64,000 nucleotides of DNA from Vicugna vicugna (taxonomy: Eukaryota), in NCBI GenBank assembly GCA_013265495.1, contig MU058714.1:186001-250000 (forward strand), written 5' to 3'. The notes below the pieces were generated by a model that worked only from the letters and a program-made list of their open reading frames with translations, made no database searches and had not been told where the DNA came from. Of the stretch, positions 34,231-46,290 are shown piece after piece. The number at the start of each line of letters is the position of its first letter. Position 1 is the stretch's first letter. Made by a program: the position numbers and the translations under genes.

Positions 34231-37200
34231 ACAGGGAGAGGCACCTGTGTTCTTGGCGTATCCAGACCTGGCTCCCCACTGACAGCAGCGCCTTAGGTTT
34301 GCCTCCCTGCCCCTCACCTCCAGCGGGAGCCAGACACACCGCACTGCACCACCCGAACCCCTGCCCGAGCAGACCCCAAGCCACAGCGACGACCAGATAA
34401 GAAATGCTGACCCCCGGGGGACCAGCCGAGAGAGGAGGGGCCCCAGCCCCTCGGTCTGGCACGGTGACGCCCACACATCAGGCGGGGGTGGGCAGGCCCC
34501 TTTGGCTGATACAGGCCTCAGGTGACAGAGGTGGGTGGCTGTGGCTCCGGGAGAGGCACAGGTGCAGACAGAGACCCGCACAGGACAGCCGCCTTGTGGC
34601 GGGCAAGCGCCACCCAGGAGATCCCCGCACTGGACCAGGGACAGAGTCACACCATCCTCCTGCCTGCCCCCGCCCCTCCCCCTCCCCTTTGCTCTCTTTT
34701 CCTTTAACCAAGCTTCTTTTGTTTTGTGAGGATCCCTTTCATGTGTGCACACCCGCACATGCGTGTCAAGTTTTTATTCCAATCCTTAAATGAGGTCTTT
34801 GCCGAGAATTTACAATTCCCCTGTGGCCTCAATCTTGCAAAGATTGCTTTTTTAACGCTGTTAGGCCTTAATTCTAATAAGCCTCCTCTTTATTACAGAA
34901 CCAGGTCACATTGCCTTGACACCGCCAGAAAATCTTTCACTGGCAGGCAGGGGTGGGCAAGGAGAGAGGGGCCGCGAGAGGAAGCGGCAAGGGGACGGGA
35001 ACTGGAGAGGGGAGCCCTCCCTTCATTTGATGGAATTCTAAAATAATTTAATTTCTGGGAACCCGAGTGGCCTGACAGCTTCAGATAAGCCTATGATATG
35101 ATCGTGTCTCCTACCGACGTTAGTTTTCTTTTTGTGCCTTGATTGTTTAAATGACTAAGGAAGAAGGGGAAGCAACCAAACCTGACGGCCACGCCAGGCA
35201 TGGGCTCAGGTCCCGGCCCTGGACAGAAGGACATCTGCTCTGCCCAGCCGTGTCCTCCTGCCAGCCTGCTCCAGTCCCAGGGAGCAGCAGAGGAAAGAGG
35301 ACCAGCAGGACCAGGACAGAAAGAGAAGTTGCTTGGAGGTGATCGGAGAAGACGCTCACAGGCGGATGTGGACCCCTGGGGAATCCATCCGTCTCCTCCC
35401 TCCCTCTCCGAGTTGTTTTGAGGTTTAGGGGGATTCAGAGGGAGAGATGTTACTGAGGAAAACGAAGCTGTCGATCCACATTCTCAGGACAAGAGAACAG
35501 CCTCCACCCCGCATTCTTGCAACGGTTATTAAGCACCTACTACGTGCCCAGGCGGTGAGAGGCTGAGCCCCTTTCCTCCACTGCTTGTCACTGGACGTAG
35601 AAAAATCCAAGAGCTAAGGGCTGAGACGGTGCCAGATGCCCCTGAAAGTCCACGGGAGCTTTCTGAGACCGAGGGTGTGAGTCCAGGAACATGGCTTCCA
35701 TTTCTAGGAGGTTCTGCACGGGAAGCTGTCGGGCAGGGCCCTCCACACACACCCAGGCCGCGGGACGGATAGAGGAGGAGCTAGGCTGTTCTCTCCAGAC
35801 CTCAAGACATTCTCTAGGAACATCTTTTCCTCACCATCAACCAGCTCCTCTCCAAGCTCTGTTTTTCCCTCCCCCCACCAAGTCGACTTGAGAGCCTTCT
35901 TTTCGGCTGGGTATTTAAATCAGGCACCGAAGGGCCTCAGACAAACACAGGCACGGCGAGCACACAGGCCGGCCCAGGCCCGAGCACGGAGAGGACGCAT
36001 CCTGCACAGCCAGCAAGCCTCCCCGGCCCGGCCCCCGACTCTGTCCTGAGTCCACGCCCCTCCGCGGTGCTCCTCTGGGAGGGCAGCGTGAGCCCGGCCC
36101 CTGGCTTAACGTGAAAATTCAAATCTATGCAACGCCTAGTATAAGGTGCCCTAGAAGTCAAAGGTCGTTTTTTAAACTCTGGGGCCGGAAAGCACTGGCG
36201 CCCAGATGGAGGTGCCAACGCAGGGGAGGGGGCAGACTCCCCCTGGAGGTGGGAGGTATTCCGCGTGTCGCAGGGCACACGCATGGGCTCCTAGAGAGGC
36301 GCACCCACCGGCACAGGGACCCACGCCCCTAACTGCGCCCCCAGCCGCCCCCCAGCAAGTGCGCACGGAGCACCTACTGTGTGAAGACAATACACGTGTG
36401 TGTTTCCATGTGAAAAAACCCAGACTGTTCCACCGACCTCCTCTTCCAGGGACACCGTATTGTGGATCTGCTTCCACATCGTCTAAAACAGCTGCATAAA
36501 ACCCCATTTGAATAGATCGTTCTTCCCAGCTGTTTCTCAACAATCCCCCGCGGCAGGAGGCATGTCAGCAGCGGGGGACCGCTGAGAGGTGCGGAGGGTG
36601 GGCACCGGGCAGGGACACCGGCCGCCAAGTCACGATGGGTTTGCGTGCGTTCCAGCAGCTCTCCTGGAGGGAGAGCAAGGTGGCAGCCCTTGGCCCGCCG
36701 ACAGCAGATTCTTGGATTCTGCAGCACATAACTGTGAAGGCCAACCTGCCAGCAGAGAAATACACAGCGCACTCACAAGCTAAATATAAATAATATTGAT
36801 TCGTCTGCCATCTTGAATTATCCATTTCACTTCGGTTTTCCATTAGCATCAATAATCACGAGCTGCCTCCCCGGTGGACGGGCTGCACTGCACCGCACAG
36901 GGCGCAGCCAGCCGGGGCCACGCACCCACGGAGCCTCAGGCTCTCTTCCCGAGGAATCTGTCATCTTCTAGAAGAGTCCGACACCTTCCCAGGAAGATTC
37001 CTTCCCTTTCACCTGCTCCTCACTCCAAGGCCAGCAAAGCAGGGGGCTCAAGGACACACCTGAGAGCCCCTCCTTCGGAGGCACTCTGCTCTCCCTGGCA
37101 GCTGAGCCCAGTGCAGGGGAGAGTGGCACACAGCCCAAGGTGCACTTCCAGGCTGAAGGGAAGGGAGCCAGCGTGGCTGGATGGGGAGCCCAGCTCAGCC

Positions 37201-38879
37201 CGCAGGGCACCGCCTCCCTGCTGCCAACTCAGGGGCAGAACCCGGGCCCCGTTCCTCACCGGGCCAGAAGCCGCATGGCCCTCCTGTGGACAAGCAGGCT
37301 CCCCAACATCCTGGCAGCATCACCCCTCAAGCCCCGGGGCACAGAGTGTGCCCACAACACACCTGGGAGGAGGCCCAGGCCTTCCACATACCCTCCCGCA
37401 CCACCAGGGCATGGAAACCCACCGGGCCCCTCACCAGCCGGCCCAGGCGGGACGGAGCACTAATGAGACACAGGCCTGCTTCCACCCCACCCCAGTCAGC
37501 TGTCAGAACCCCCAGAGACAGTGACTGAGAGCATACTGTGAGCAGGGACGCATCCTACGTGTTCTGGGGGGAAACAGGGTCCCTGCCTTCAAAGCCTTTA
37601 CAATCCGATACGGGAGACGATGTGCAAACACCTACCAGGATCCACCCTTTCTCACTCTTCCTTAGGAGTGCTAATTACCGTTCCCAGAAGGGGCTGTGAA
37701 ACAGGGGGTGCGACTGTCAGGCCTGGAGGGAGCCGTGAGGACGGGGCTCTGAGGACGGTGTTTCCAGTCCTTTGTGTGAAGATGTGCGAGTAAGTTCCAA
37801 ATGCCCACCCACCTTAGATCCAGACATAGATGCGGCTCTGCCGATAGCTGCGGAACGATCTAGAACCTCCCCATCTGCCTTCACCGTCCATCCGCTGGCC
37901 AAGCACTCCTAACATTCTCTAGTAGGAATGCCGGTCACCTCTGACCTTGGCAGCCCACCTGCAGGAGGACTTCATAGAGAGACCCCAGGGCTCCTGGTCC
38001 CTCAAAAAAATGCCTTCCCTTAAGCCACGGGCTCACCGATTGGCCACACAGGCAGTACCAGAGTCTGAGACCACCTCCCATGTGTGGGAAAGTGAGGCTG
38101 GCATCAGGGGAAGACTCGACTCCTTCGAGGGCTGTGCCAGCCCAGCCAATGAGTGAGGGCTGAGCAGGGGAGCGGGGCACAGGTGCGGCCTCCTGTGGAA
38201 GTGCAGAGGGCTTTCTGCTCTTGGCGGGGCTCAAGAGAAGGAAACCCGAGTCCCGGCCAAACATGAGCCACCCTTGGCCACACGGTCCAGCACTAAGGCC
38301 TTCACCTGTCAGTACTGTCCCCAACACCTGGAATTTACTGCCCATTTCAGTCTCTGCCTTCACTGTCACATGCTGAGTGCCCCGCATGGCCCAGGGTGGC
38401 TCCTGCCTTTCTGGGGAAAGAGAACAGCTTCATGTCGCAGTCAACCGGGAGCAGGCATCTCACAGGCCACTGGGGCCTCAGAGCCCTCAACACAGAAACA
38501 GCCAGACACCCCCGGGAGAAAAGCAGGCAGCCCCCAAGGCGGGCGGGGACAGAGCAGCCGGCCCACGGCCCGGTCTCTTTTCTTTTCAGCTGGTGTTTCA
38601 GCTACGAGGGCCGAGCCTGGACAGTGTGTACCCCGGGAGTCCCCTCGGAGCCCAGCAGACAGGGGAATGACGTCTCCACCCGTTCTGAGGGCCCCGCACT
38701 CTGAGGAGAGAGGAGTCTGGCCAGAAGGCATCTTGGCCTGGCTTCTTTCTCCCCCGAAGCCCCCTGCAGAAGTCCACATCCGAAAGGCAGCGGGTAGGTG
38801 CAGGGACACTGCAGGTTGTGGCCGCCCTTACACACATGGCCAGGTACAAGCAGGCACTCCTCGCAGCAGCCGGGGACGA

Positions 38880-38927
38880 GCGTGCGCACGCGCACACACA
38901 CGCACACACACACACACACACACACAC
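38880..38927. repeat. (CG/CA)n alternating purine-pyrimidine microsatellite
   Basis: GCGTGCGCACGCGCACACACACGC(AC)n read directly. Confidence 0.95.
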
Positions 38928-41900
38928 CACTCACTGTTCAGGACCTGCAATGATGTCTTCTCTGTTTCGCTGGCTATAATTACTTCAGCGTGGGAGACAA
39001 ATTCTGTCTCCAGTGTCTCAGAAGCGCTACATTAGAATATCACGCTCTACGGTCCTGCAAAATCTCCACGGTGGCCCTGCTCCTTCCCTCCACACCAGAG
39101 CACAAACGGGCTCCTCTGAGGGGCGGACACGCCGCGGAGGCCCTGCTCCAAGGGTTTCATGCCTACACCAAGCCGCTCCGCTTAGAGCAAGAGAGCAGGG
39201 AACCACACATGCGGGTAACCATGGCAACTTCGGAGAAGTTTAAAAAAAATAAGTTTGTGAGTCGCTGGCTGTTATTTGGTGCTTTGGTTCTTTCCTTTTT
39301 TTTTTCTTTTAAGATAACAAGGTCCCTGAATAACACTTCCGTGAGGTTTTTGGGTACAGCGTCCAAAGCAGCAGCTGCCTCCAGACTTCTCATTACCTTC
39401 CGAGGGGGAGGCGCGAGCACCACCATCACCAGTTTGGGTTCTGTCCTTGGGCAGCGGTTCACTGTGGGTGACCTTGAGCCAGTGCACATCCCACACATGT
39501 CTTGGCACCTTCCCCTCCCCAGGAGTCCTGAGACTGTCACTCCAGACCCCTGGGGACCCCAGCCAGGCCCCACAACACCACTCACACATCTCCCAGTTTG
39601 GGGAGAGGCTCCGGTGATCTCCTGCAAGACCGTAGTCTCCACACGCAGAGTCACACACACTCACCCACATGTGGATGGAAGGCCAGCATGTGTTGAGTAA
39701 ACTACATCCCCCCACAAAATGATGTCCCGCCCAGTGCCTCTCAAAGGGCTGAGATAGCCTCAGTGGAGGCGAACGGGAGCCCCGGGCACCGACCGTCTCC
39801 GTGAAGGCAGCGGAAGCAGGCTCTCGATGCCGAGAGACCTCCTCTCATGTCGATGGGGCACACACGCCATGCACACCGCCATCGGTTCAGTGGCCCCGGC
39901 TCTGCCAGCAGTGAAGTCACTGCAGCAGGCCGCAGATTCCTCCCAGCTCGTCGCCCCCACTGCAAAGCACCTCCAGGCAGAACAAAGGTGGGGCCCGCCC
40001 CCTCCCACTGCCCACTGTGCCAACATGCGTATTAGGGGCGGAATCGGGAGCTAGGAGGAATGCTTGACGGCCACGTGCGGCTCAGTGTCACAGCTGTGGC
40101 GCCAAAGGGCTGGGCACAGGGCTGTGCAAAAAGGAATCTTTTTAAGGCAGAAAAATCCTAAATGGCCCTTTCAGCCTTTCGGCGCACATAATTGTAGTAT
40201 CCGAGTTAATGAGAGGCCCGGCGTGCCGGCTGGCTGAACACCGCGCCCGCCGCGCACGTGGAGGGGCTCCGCCGCCGCCGTGGAAAGCAGACCCCAGTGG
40301 GGAGGCGGGCGGGGGGCGGGGAGGAGGTGGGGAAATGCAGGAAATAAAGAGCGTTTCCAGGAATGACAAGGCTCCCACGCGGGATCACATCATCAATTAG
40401 CCGGTGGGAGGGCCTAGGAGCGCCTGGCATCTCATGCCCACAAAGCAGCAGCTTCCTTAGGAAACTGCCAGAGCCTCCAAGGCACTGAAGTCAGACGCAG
40501 GACGAGCGAAGAGGGACGCCGGCCGGCCTGGCCGGCGCTCAGATGCCCGCCCCTGGCGGCCTGGCACGGGCGGTATGGGTTTAGAAACACAAGTGGAGCC
40601 TGCTAGTGTCTGGAAGGTGAGCATAGACAGCACACGTGTGTGCACATGTACCCTGGGCACACGCGCACATACACGCACATCCATTTACACACACACTCTC
40701 CTGGCAGGTTGGGGTCCGCTATTCTGACCCACAGGCATCCCAGTTTGTAGCTCTCACGCCTGCCAGGTGCCAAGGAGACAAAATGCAGATGTGCAACCCG
40801 GAACTTCCCTAGAAGACCCCACAGCGCATCCCCCATCTGGGAGGAGACTCGGGGTCTCCAGGCCCCGCCTCAGATGGAGCTCAGACTACATCAGATCCTT
40901 CAACAGTCAATCCCAGGGCCTTCAAACCCATACCCAGGGGGCTCCCGCCCTAAAGGCCCCAGGAAGCAGTCTAGCACGGCTGTCTAAGTGGAGGTGACTG
41001 ATTTATTCTGACCGTCCTGACTCTTAACGACACGCTCTCCTCCAGCCGTGCACGGCTTTAATTGTCCATCCTGCAGGGCAGGGAGGAACCGTAAATCTTT
41101 CCTCCCAGCTGCTCTGAGCTCAGCGCTGCTTGACCTGCCGTTGCCAGCCCCGCGCCTGCACACTACCGGAGCAGTCAGCTGGCTTTGAAGGTGAAGGAGG
41201 GAAGTGGGGGTGGGGGGGGAGCAAGGGAAAGAGGCTGGAGTCAGGGAGGGGGACAGAAGGATGGTGCGTGGCCGCACGCTCTGTTGGCTCCTAACCCAGG
41301 GCACCACAGAGGACGCCTCAGTGCAGCTGGGAGGAAAGGCAGCTGCAGGTGCAGTGTGCACAGGGTGCCCTGGGCCCCGCCCCACCCCCGGCCAGCGTCC
41401 ACACACCTTGCCTCACAGGGCCCAGCACTGAAGTAGCCAGACTCTGAGGAAGTGGGCCAGACCCCAGGAGAGGCTCGTCACTCCCTTGCCTTGCCAGAAA
41501 ACAGCACAGCCCCAAAAGGAACCCGCTGGGGAGGAAATAATATTCTCCATCCAGCCCCCACTGTGCGTGCGACTAGTCCCCAGCCGGGGGCACGGGGACC
41601 TCTCTGCGAGAGACGGGGCGGGGCAGCCGCAGGCCAGGCACACAGAAGGTAGGCCTCGGGCTCCAAAGCAGGCCTCCTTCCCCCTCCAGCAGACTTAGTA
41701 TTTTCTGTAATTTTAGTATATATTAATGCATTTCAAAGTGGTGAACATTATAGTTATGATTATTACCTAAAGACTTCCTTTATAGCCCTCATTTTCCAGC
41801 GCTCATTACTTTCTGAAAAATTATCCTTGGGGCTGAAATTCTCCAAGTCTGGGCTTGTGAGTTTTCTTCTCAGGATCTGAACAAAACATATTATCGTGTC

Positions 41901-44900
41901 CACGACGGGAAGCGGGGCAGGTGGATTAGTTCTCCCCAAGCCAGTCTCCGTGGTGACTTCCGACAAGGGAGGAGCAATGCCTGTGCGGGGAGGGGCAGGA
42001 CTGCGCGCCGCACTTTAACATGTCAGCGCTGATATCAATGACATGGTTTTAGTTTTGCCCATCTGTTCCGTCCAGACAGTTCTACTTCTGAGATGGGATT
42101 TCCATCTTCGCTGGAGGAAGCGCCCATACACCACTCATTTTACAAGCTTAAGCACAAACGAGTCAGGACAGCAAAGTGCTAGTCACTGTGATGTTGTCAG
42201 CACACAGACACAGCTGGACACCCATTTTCCGACACAAGGGCGACCTCGGGGAGAGACCCAGCTGCGGCCAGGGGATGCTGGAAGACTCAAAAGAGTGCTG
42301 ATTCTACGTGCATTCTTCTTAACTGTCCTAGGAGAGAGCTGCTGGTGAGGGAAAAAAAAGTACATGCTGTTAAGGTGCCTTTCATCGAGCTGTAGAGTTG
42401 TCCCAGACACTAACCCCGGGGCTTCTGAGGTTAGGACGAGGGTCATAAGATCCCCCATCAAATAAAGGTCATCGGCCAGATTATCTCTCCCTCCCTTCGG
42501 CCACCAGTTAAAGGCTCACAGCTGACGAGGCATCACACAGACTTCCGGTACGGTAATTCTCGATACAGCGCTGGCTGTCTGGGAGTGTTGATTATAATAT
42601 TACACCACTGAAAACAATAATTCTCACCTTCAGTTCCTCCAGCACTTCTCTTTTCTGCAAACATTTCAAAATACTTGACTAATGTACCCGTGGACAGCAC
42701 CCCTAAGAGGCAGGCAGCGGGCGCGATCAGTCCCATTACGAGCAGCGCGGGGCTGCAGCGGGAAGTCGGTGAAGCGCAGCCCCGCCCTTGGCCTGCGCAG
42801 AGCCTGGGTAAGAAGCCCCTTGGCCCTGCTTCCACCTCGCCTGTCCCTGCAGCGGGGGCCCCAGCCGTGCCTAATGGCATCACAGTGGTCTCTCCGATGA
42901 GGAAGAGTCAATATTCCAGAAAGACGCACACACTTTATGTTTGTTTCTAATAGGTTTTGCAGAACTGTGTTTTGGTTTGTCAGACACTGAGTCCTGAGAA
43001 TCAAAAACATCTTCCTGCAGAAGGCAGGGGTGGAACAGAATCAGTCGTCATGATGGTGATCTGCAGGTTCAGAGGAGTCCGGGGGAAAGGAGGGAGGCAG
43101 GGTCACGGCTCTCATTTCTTTCCTCCTTCTCAGGGAAAACCCAGCCACCACTGACCTAGGGCCCCATCCCTTAGAATCCAAAGCCGCTCCTACAAAAGCA
43201 AAGAGCCCAGCTACAAAGCTCGCCCACATCGGGGTCTTTGGACCTTCTGCTGGGAGGGAAAGTGTGGGGAGCAGGTGGTGGCCCATGGAGGGGGCTTGCC
43301 ATGGGTAGTAAGAGGCCCCTCCACTCTCTGGACACCTCGGTCAGGGTGACCTGTGGGTCCACAGCCCCACAGACAGGACCTCAGTCACATTCTTCAGCCT
43401 GGCACCAGGGTGCTCCTGAGAACGTAAGATGCCGGGTTCCCTCTGTGTGAGTAAGGATCTCCTCACCTATAGAGAAATGCTAAGACTTGTTTCCATCTTG
43501 GCACCTGCGACTCTGTCTAGAAACATTTTAAAACAGCGTCATCTCCTTGTGGCTGTAAGAAGCAGTGCAGAAACCACTTCCTTTACTCTGACAAGGTGCT
43601 CATTCCTCTAACAGGCGGATGGCACCAAGGAAGGTCCACACTCACCACCAGCTGTTGTGTGCCTACTACGCGCCAGCTCCCCTCTTCTCAGCTGAGTAAA
43701 CTAGGGTTCAAGAGCTGCCCCCAGCTCAAGGGATTGGGGAGCCTGCATGCCCTCCCCTACAGCACACTGCAGCCAGCCCCACGTCCCCGAAGTCAGCACC
43801 TGGCCTCACACCTCGCGTTCCCCGCAAGCAACCTCCCACCGCACGCCGGCGTGTGCCCAACCCGCTCCCTGCACCGACAGGCGGTGCTGAGCCCCTAGCG
43901 GGCTTGAAGTCTCAAGTAAGGTAATTAACTCACAGCTTCGTTCAGAAGTTACGTTCCATTTAAATGTGCATCTAAATGTGTGTGTCCCAGGTGAAGGGTG
44001 GTTCTTACAAGAATCAGCTGACAGGAGGAACAGCCAAGATGTGCAATCTCAGGGAAGCACCCGTTAATATGAAGACTAACTGAATGAAGATTCAGACCAG
44101 GCCCCCGGGGAGAAGAGAGGACAGGAGGGTGAGTCGGCAAAGGGTGAAGTCCAACAGGAGCCAGTGCGCAGACCCAGTCTGAAGCATCAATCGATTCTCT
44201 TTCTTATGCTTGGATCTCAAGGTGATGGAAAACATGGGGAAACCACGTATGTGCGGCGATCTCACTGAAGTATTAAAAATTCATCTTAACACTTCTTGCT
44301 GAAAACTGGAGGTTAAAAAGCCCTTCTTGCTATAGGCAAAAGAAAGAGGTGTGGGGGCAGGGGTGAAGCCACCAGGAGGAGATTTGAATTCAAGGGACCC
44401 AGAAGGTCCTATGTACAGACCTTAGACCATTGCCCTGCACCCAATCCTTAAAAGAAAAGTTCCAGAAAAATTAAGAGTTATTTTCTATTTAATCTTGCAG
44501 AGAAACCTTCCATTTAGATTCAGGAAGGATTTTGAACTATTAAAGTGTAGCGAGAAATTATTTCTAGCTGTACTTAAGTGTTTGTGCCTCTTTAACTCTT
44601 TCTCCAAATTATATCCACCTTTTTAATACAAGTAAATTTGATAGTCTTTGGCTTCAATGGGGCTTCCTATTTTTACAGAAAAAGTCTTCATTGCAGAGAA
44701 CAATGTGCTTCTCTGTGTTCCCATTATCCTTATCCAAAAAAAAAAAAACTATCCTGAGATATGATGCCCAGCCTGGTGCCTAAATTCACAAATTTCAGGG
44801 GTTCAGGGGAAGGATCCAGACTGGAGGGCCACCTCTCCTGCCATCACCATCCCTCAATCTCATACAAGGAGACACTGATGAACAGGGCTGCAGAGTTCCA

Positions 44901-46224
44901 CCTATTCACAGGTAGAGTTCTGAATGGTCCCTAGGTTTGTGCAGTACACTGCCTGCACAACTGTATATGGTAGTCCTGTGAGAGAGGATCTTTTAGGGGA
45001 ACTTGGGTTACTTTTTGCTTGTTTGATTTGGTGGCAGGAAGATACGGAGTAAGACAAGATGCCTTGGAGAAACAGAGACACATGGGATTCTCCTCTCTTT
45101 CATGTAAAAGATACATGCTATGAGTTCATCTGGTCCTCCAAAAAAAACCTTGATAAAACCGTGCAGGGTCCAGCTGGTAGAAGAGTCTGTCCCCAGGCAG
45201 TTTGCTCACCTGCAAGTACCTGACCACCCGCCTCTCCTCCTGGTCTCCAGCCACAGCTCCAGAAGGGCTGGCTCATTCCCTGAGCATCAGCAGATGCCTG
45301 GCACACAGAGCTGATGACCAGCAGTGTGCCTGGGAGGGAGCTGGTACGGCTAGATACAGGGCAGTTCTTCACCCAGGCCTCTGTTCTTCCAGAACTTCAG
45401 GAGGAAGCTCTCAGGACAGCCACTAACCAAAGCAATACGTGGTAAAATTCCACTCAAAGGGAGAGTATGTATACTCTCCCCCTTTTTTTTTTTTTCCTAG
45501 CTGGGAATATGCTCTGACTTTAAACAATTAAACCTAAAAAAAAAAAAAAACCTTGCAAAAAGAACCATTTTTCTCCCAGTTCTCAGAGAAAACCATAGAC
45601 TCTGAAGACCCCGCCATATCCAACACAAACTGATGCTAACGAGTTACAAACCACTCCCCAGGAGGAGTCAGAGCCCAGCCCTGAGCTACACAGGAAGGGC
45701 AGAGACCAGATCCAAAGGAGAGGTGAGCACATCTTCAGGCCCCTGAATTTAAAATAAAACTGGTGGTCCTTTCCCAGGCCCCAAGGGCCCTGCTGGCCGG
45801 CCGGCCCCTGAACATTCAGCTCTGCTCCACCTGGGCTCTGGCAACACTTTTCAAAATGCAAATTATATACTGTGAGATCTGCCCAGAGGAAACGCTTCTA
45901 AATGAAGTAACGGATTCTACACTGTTACCTCATCACCTAAGACATGTTTGGTGTCAGTTCATGTGTTGGAGAAGCTGCAATAGCAAACTAAGTCACTAAG
46001 TGCATTGCACTTAAAAATTTACATTTCATAAGCCAAACTAGTCCGTGCCATGAGGTATTTCCTGAAGTGAGGATACTCATTTTTCCGGCTGTGATCCCCC
46101 ACAAAGAACAGACCTGTGTCCTCACTACCCATCCAACTAGTACATGAGAGCTGTCCTCAACTCTCACACGTAATTCAAGGAGAAAGACACATACCAAGTG
46201 CCACACCATCAGAAAGTACAGGGG

Positions 46225-46290
46225 GAGAAAGACATGAAAGGAGAGGAGAGAGACAGAGACAGACGGACAGAGAGAGAGAGGGAGAAGGAG
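46225..46290. repeat. GA-rich low-complexity tract
   Basis: Read directly. Confidence 0.8.

Noticed and set aside
7438..42701. REST/RE1-like GGACAGCACC half-sites (7438, 42692)
   Set aside because: The left half (TCAGCACC) is missing in both.
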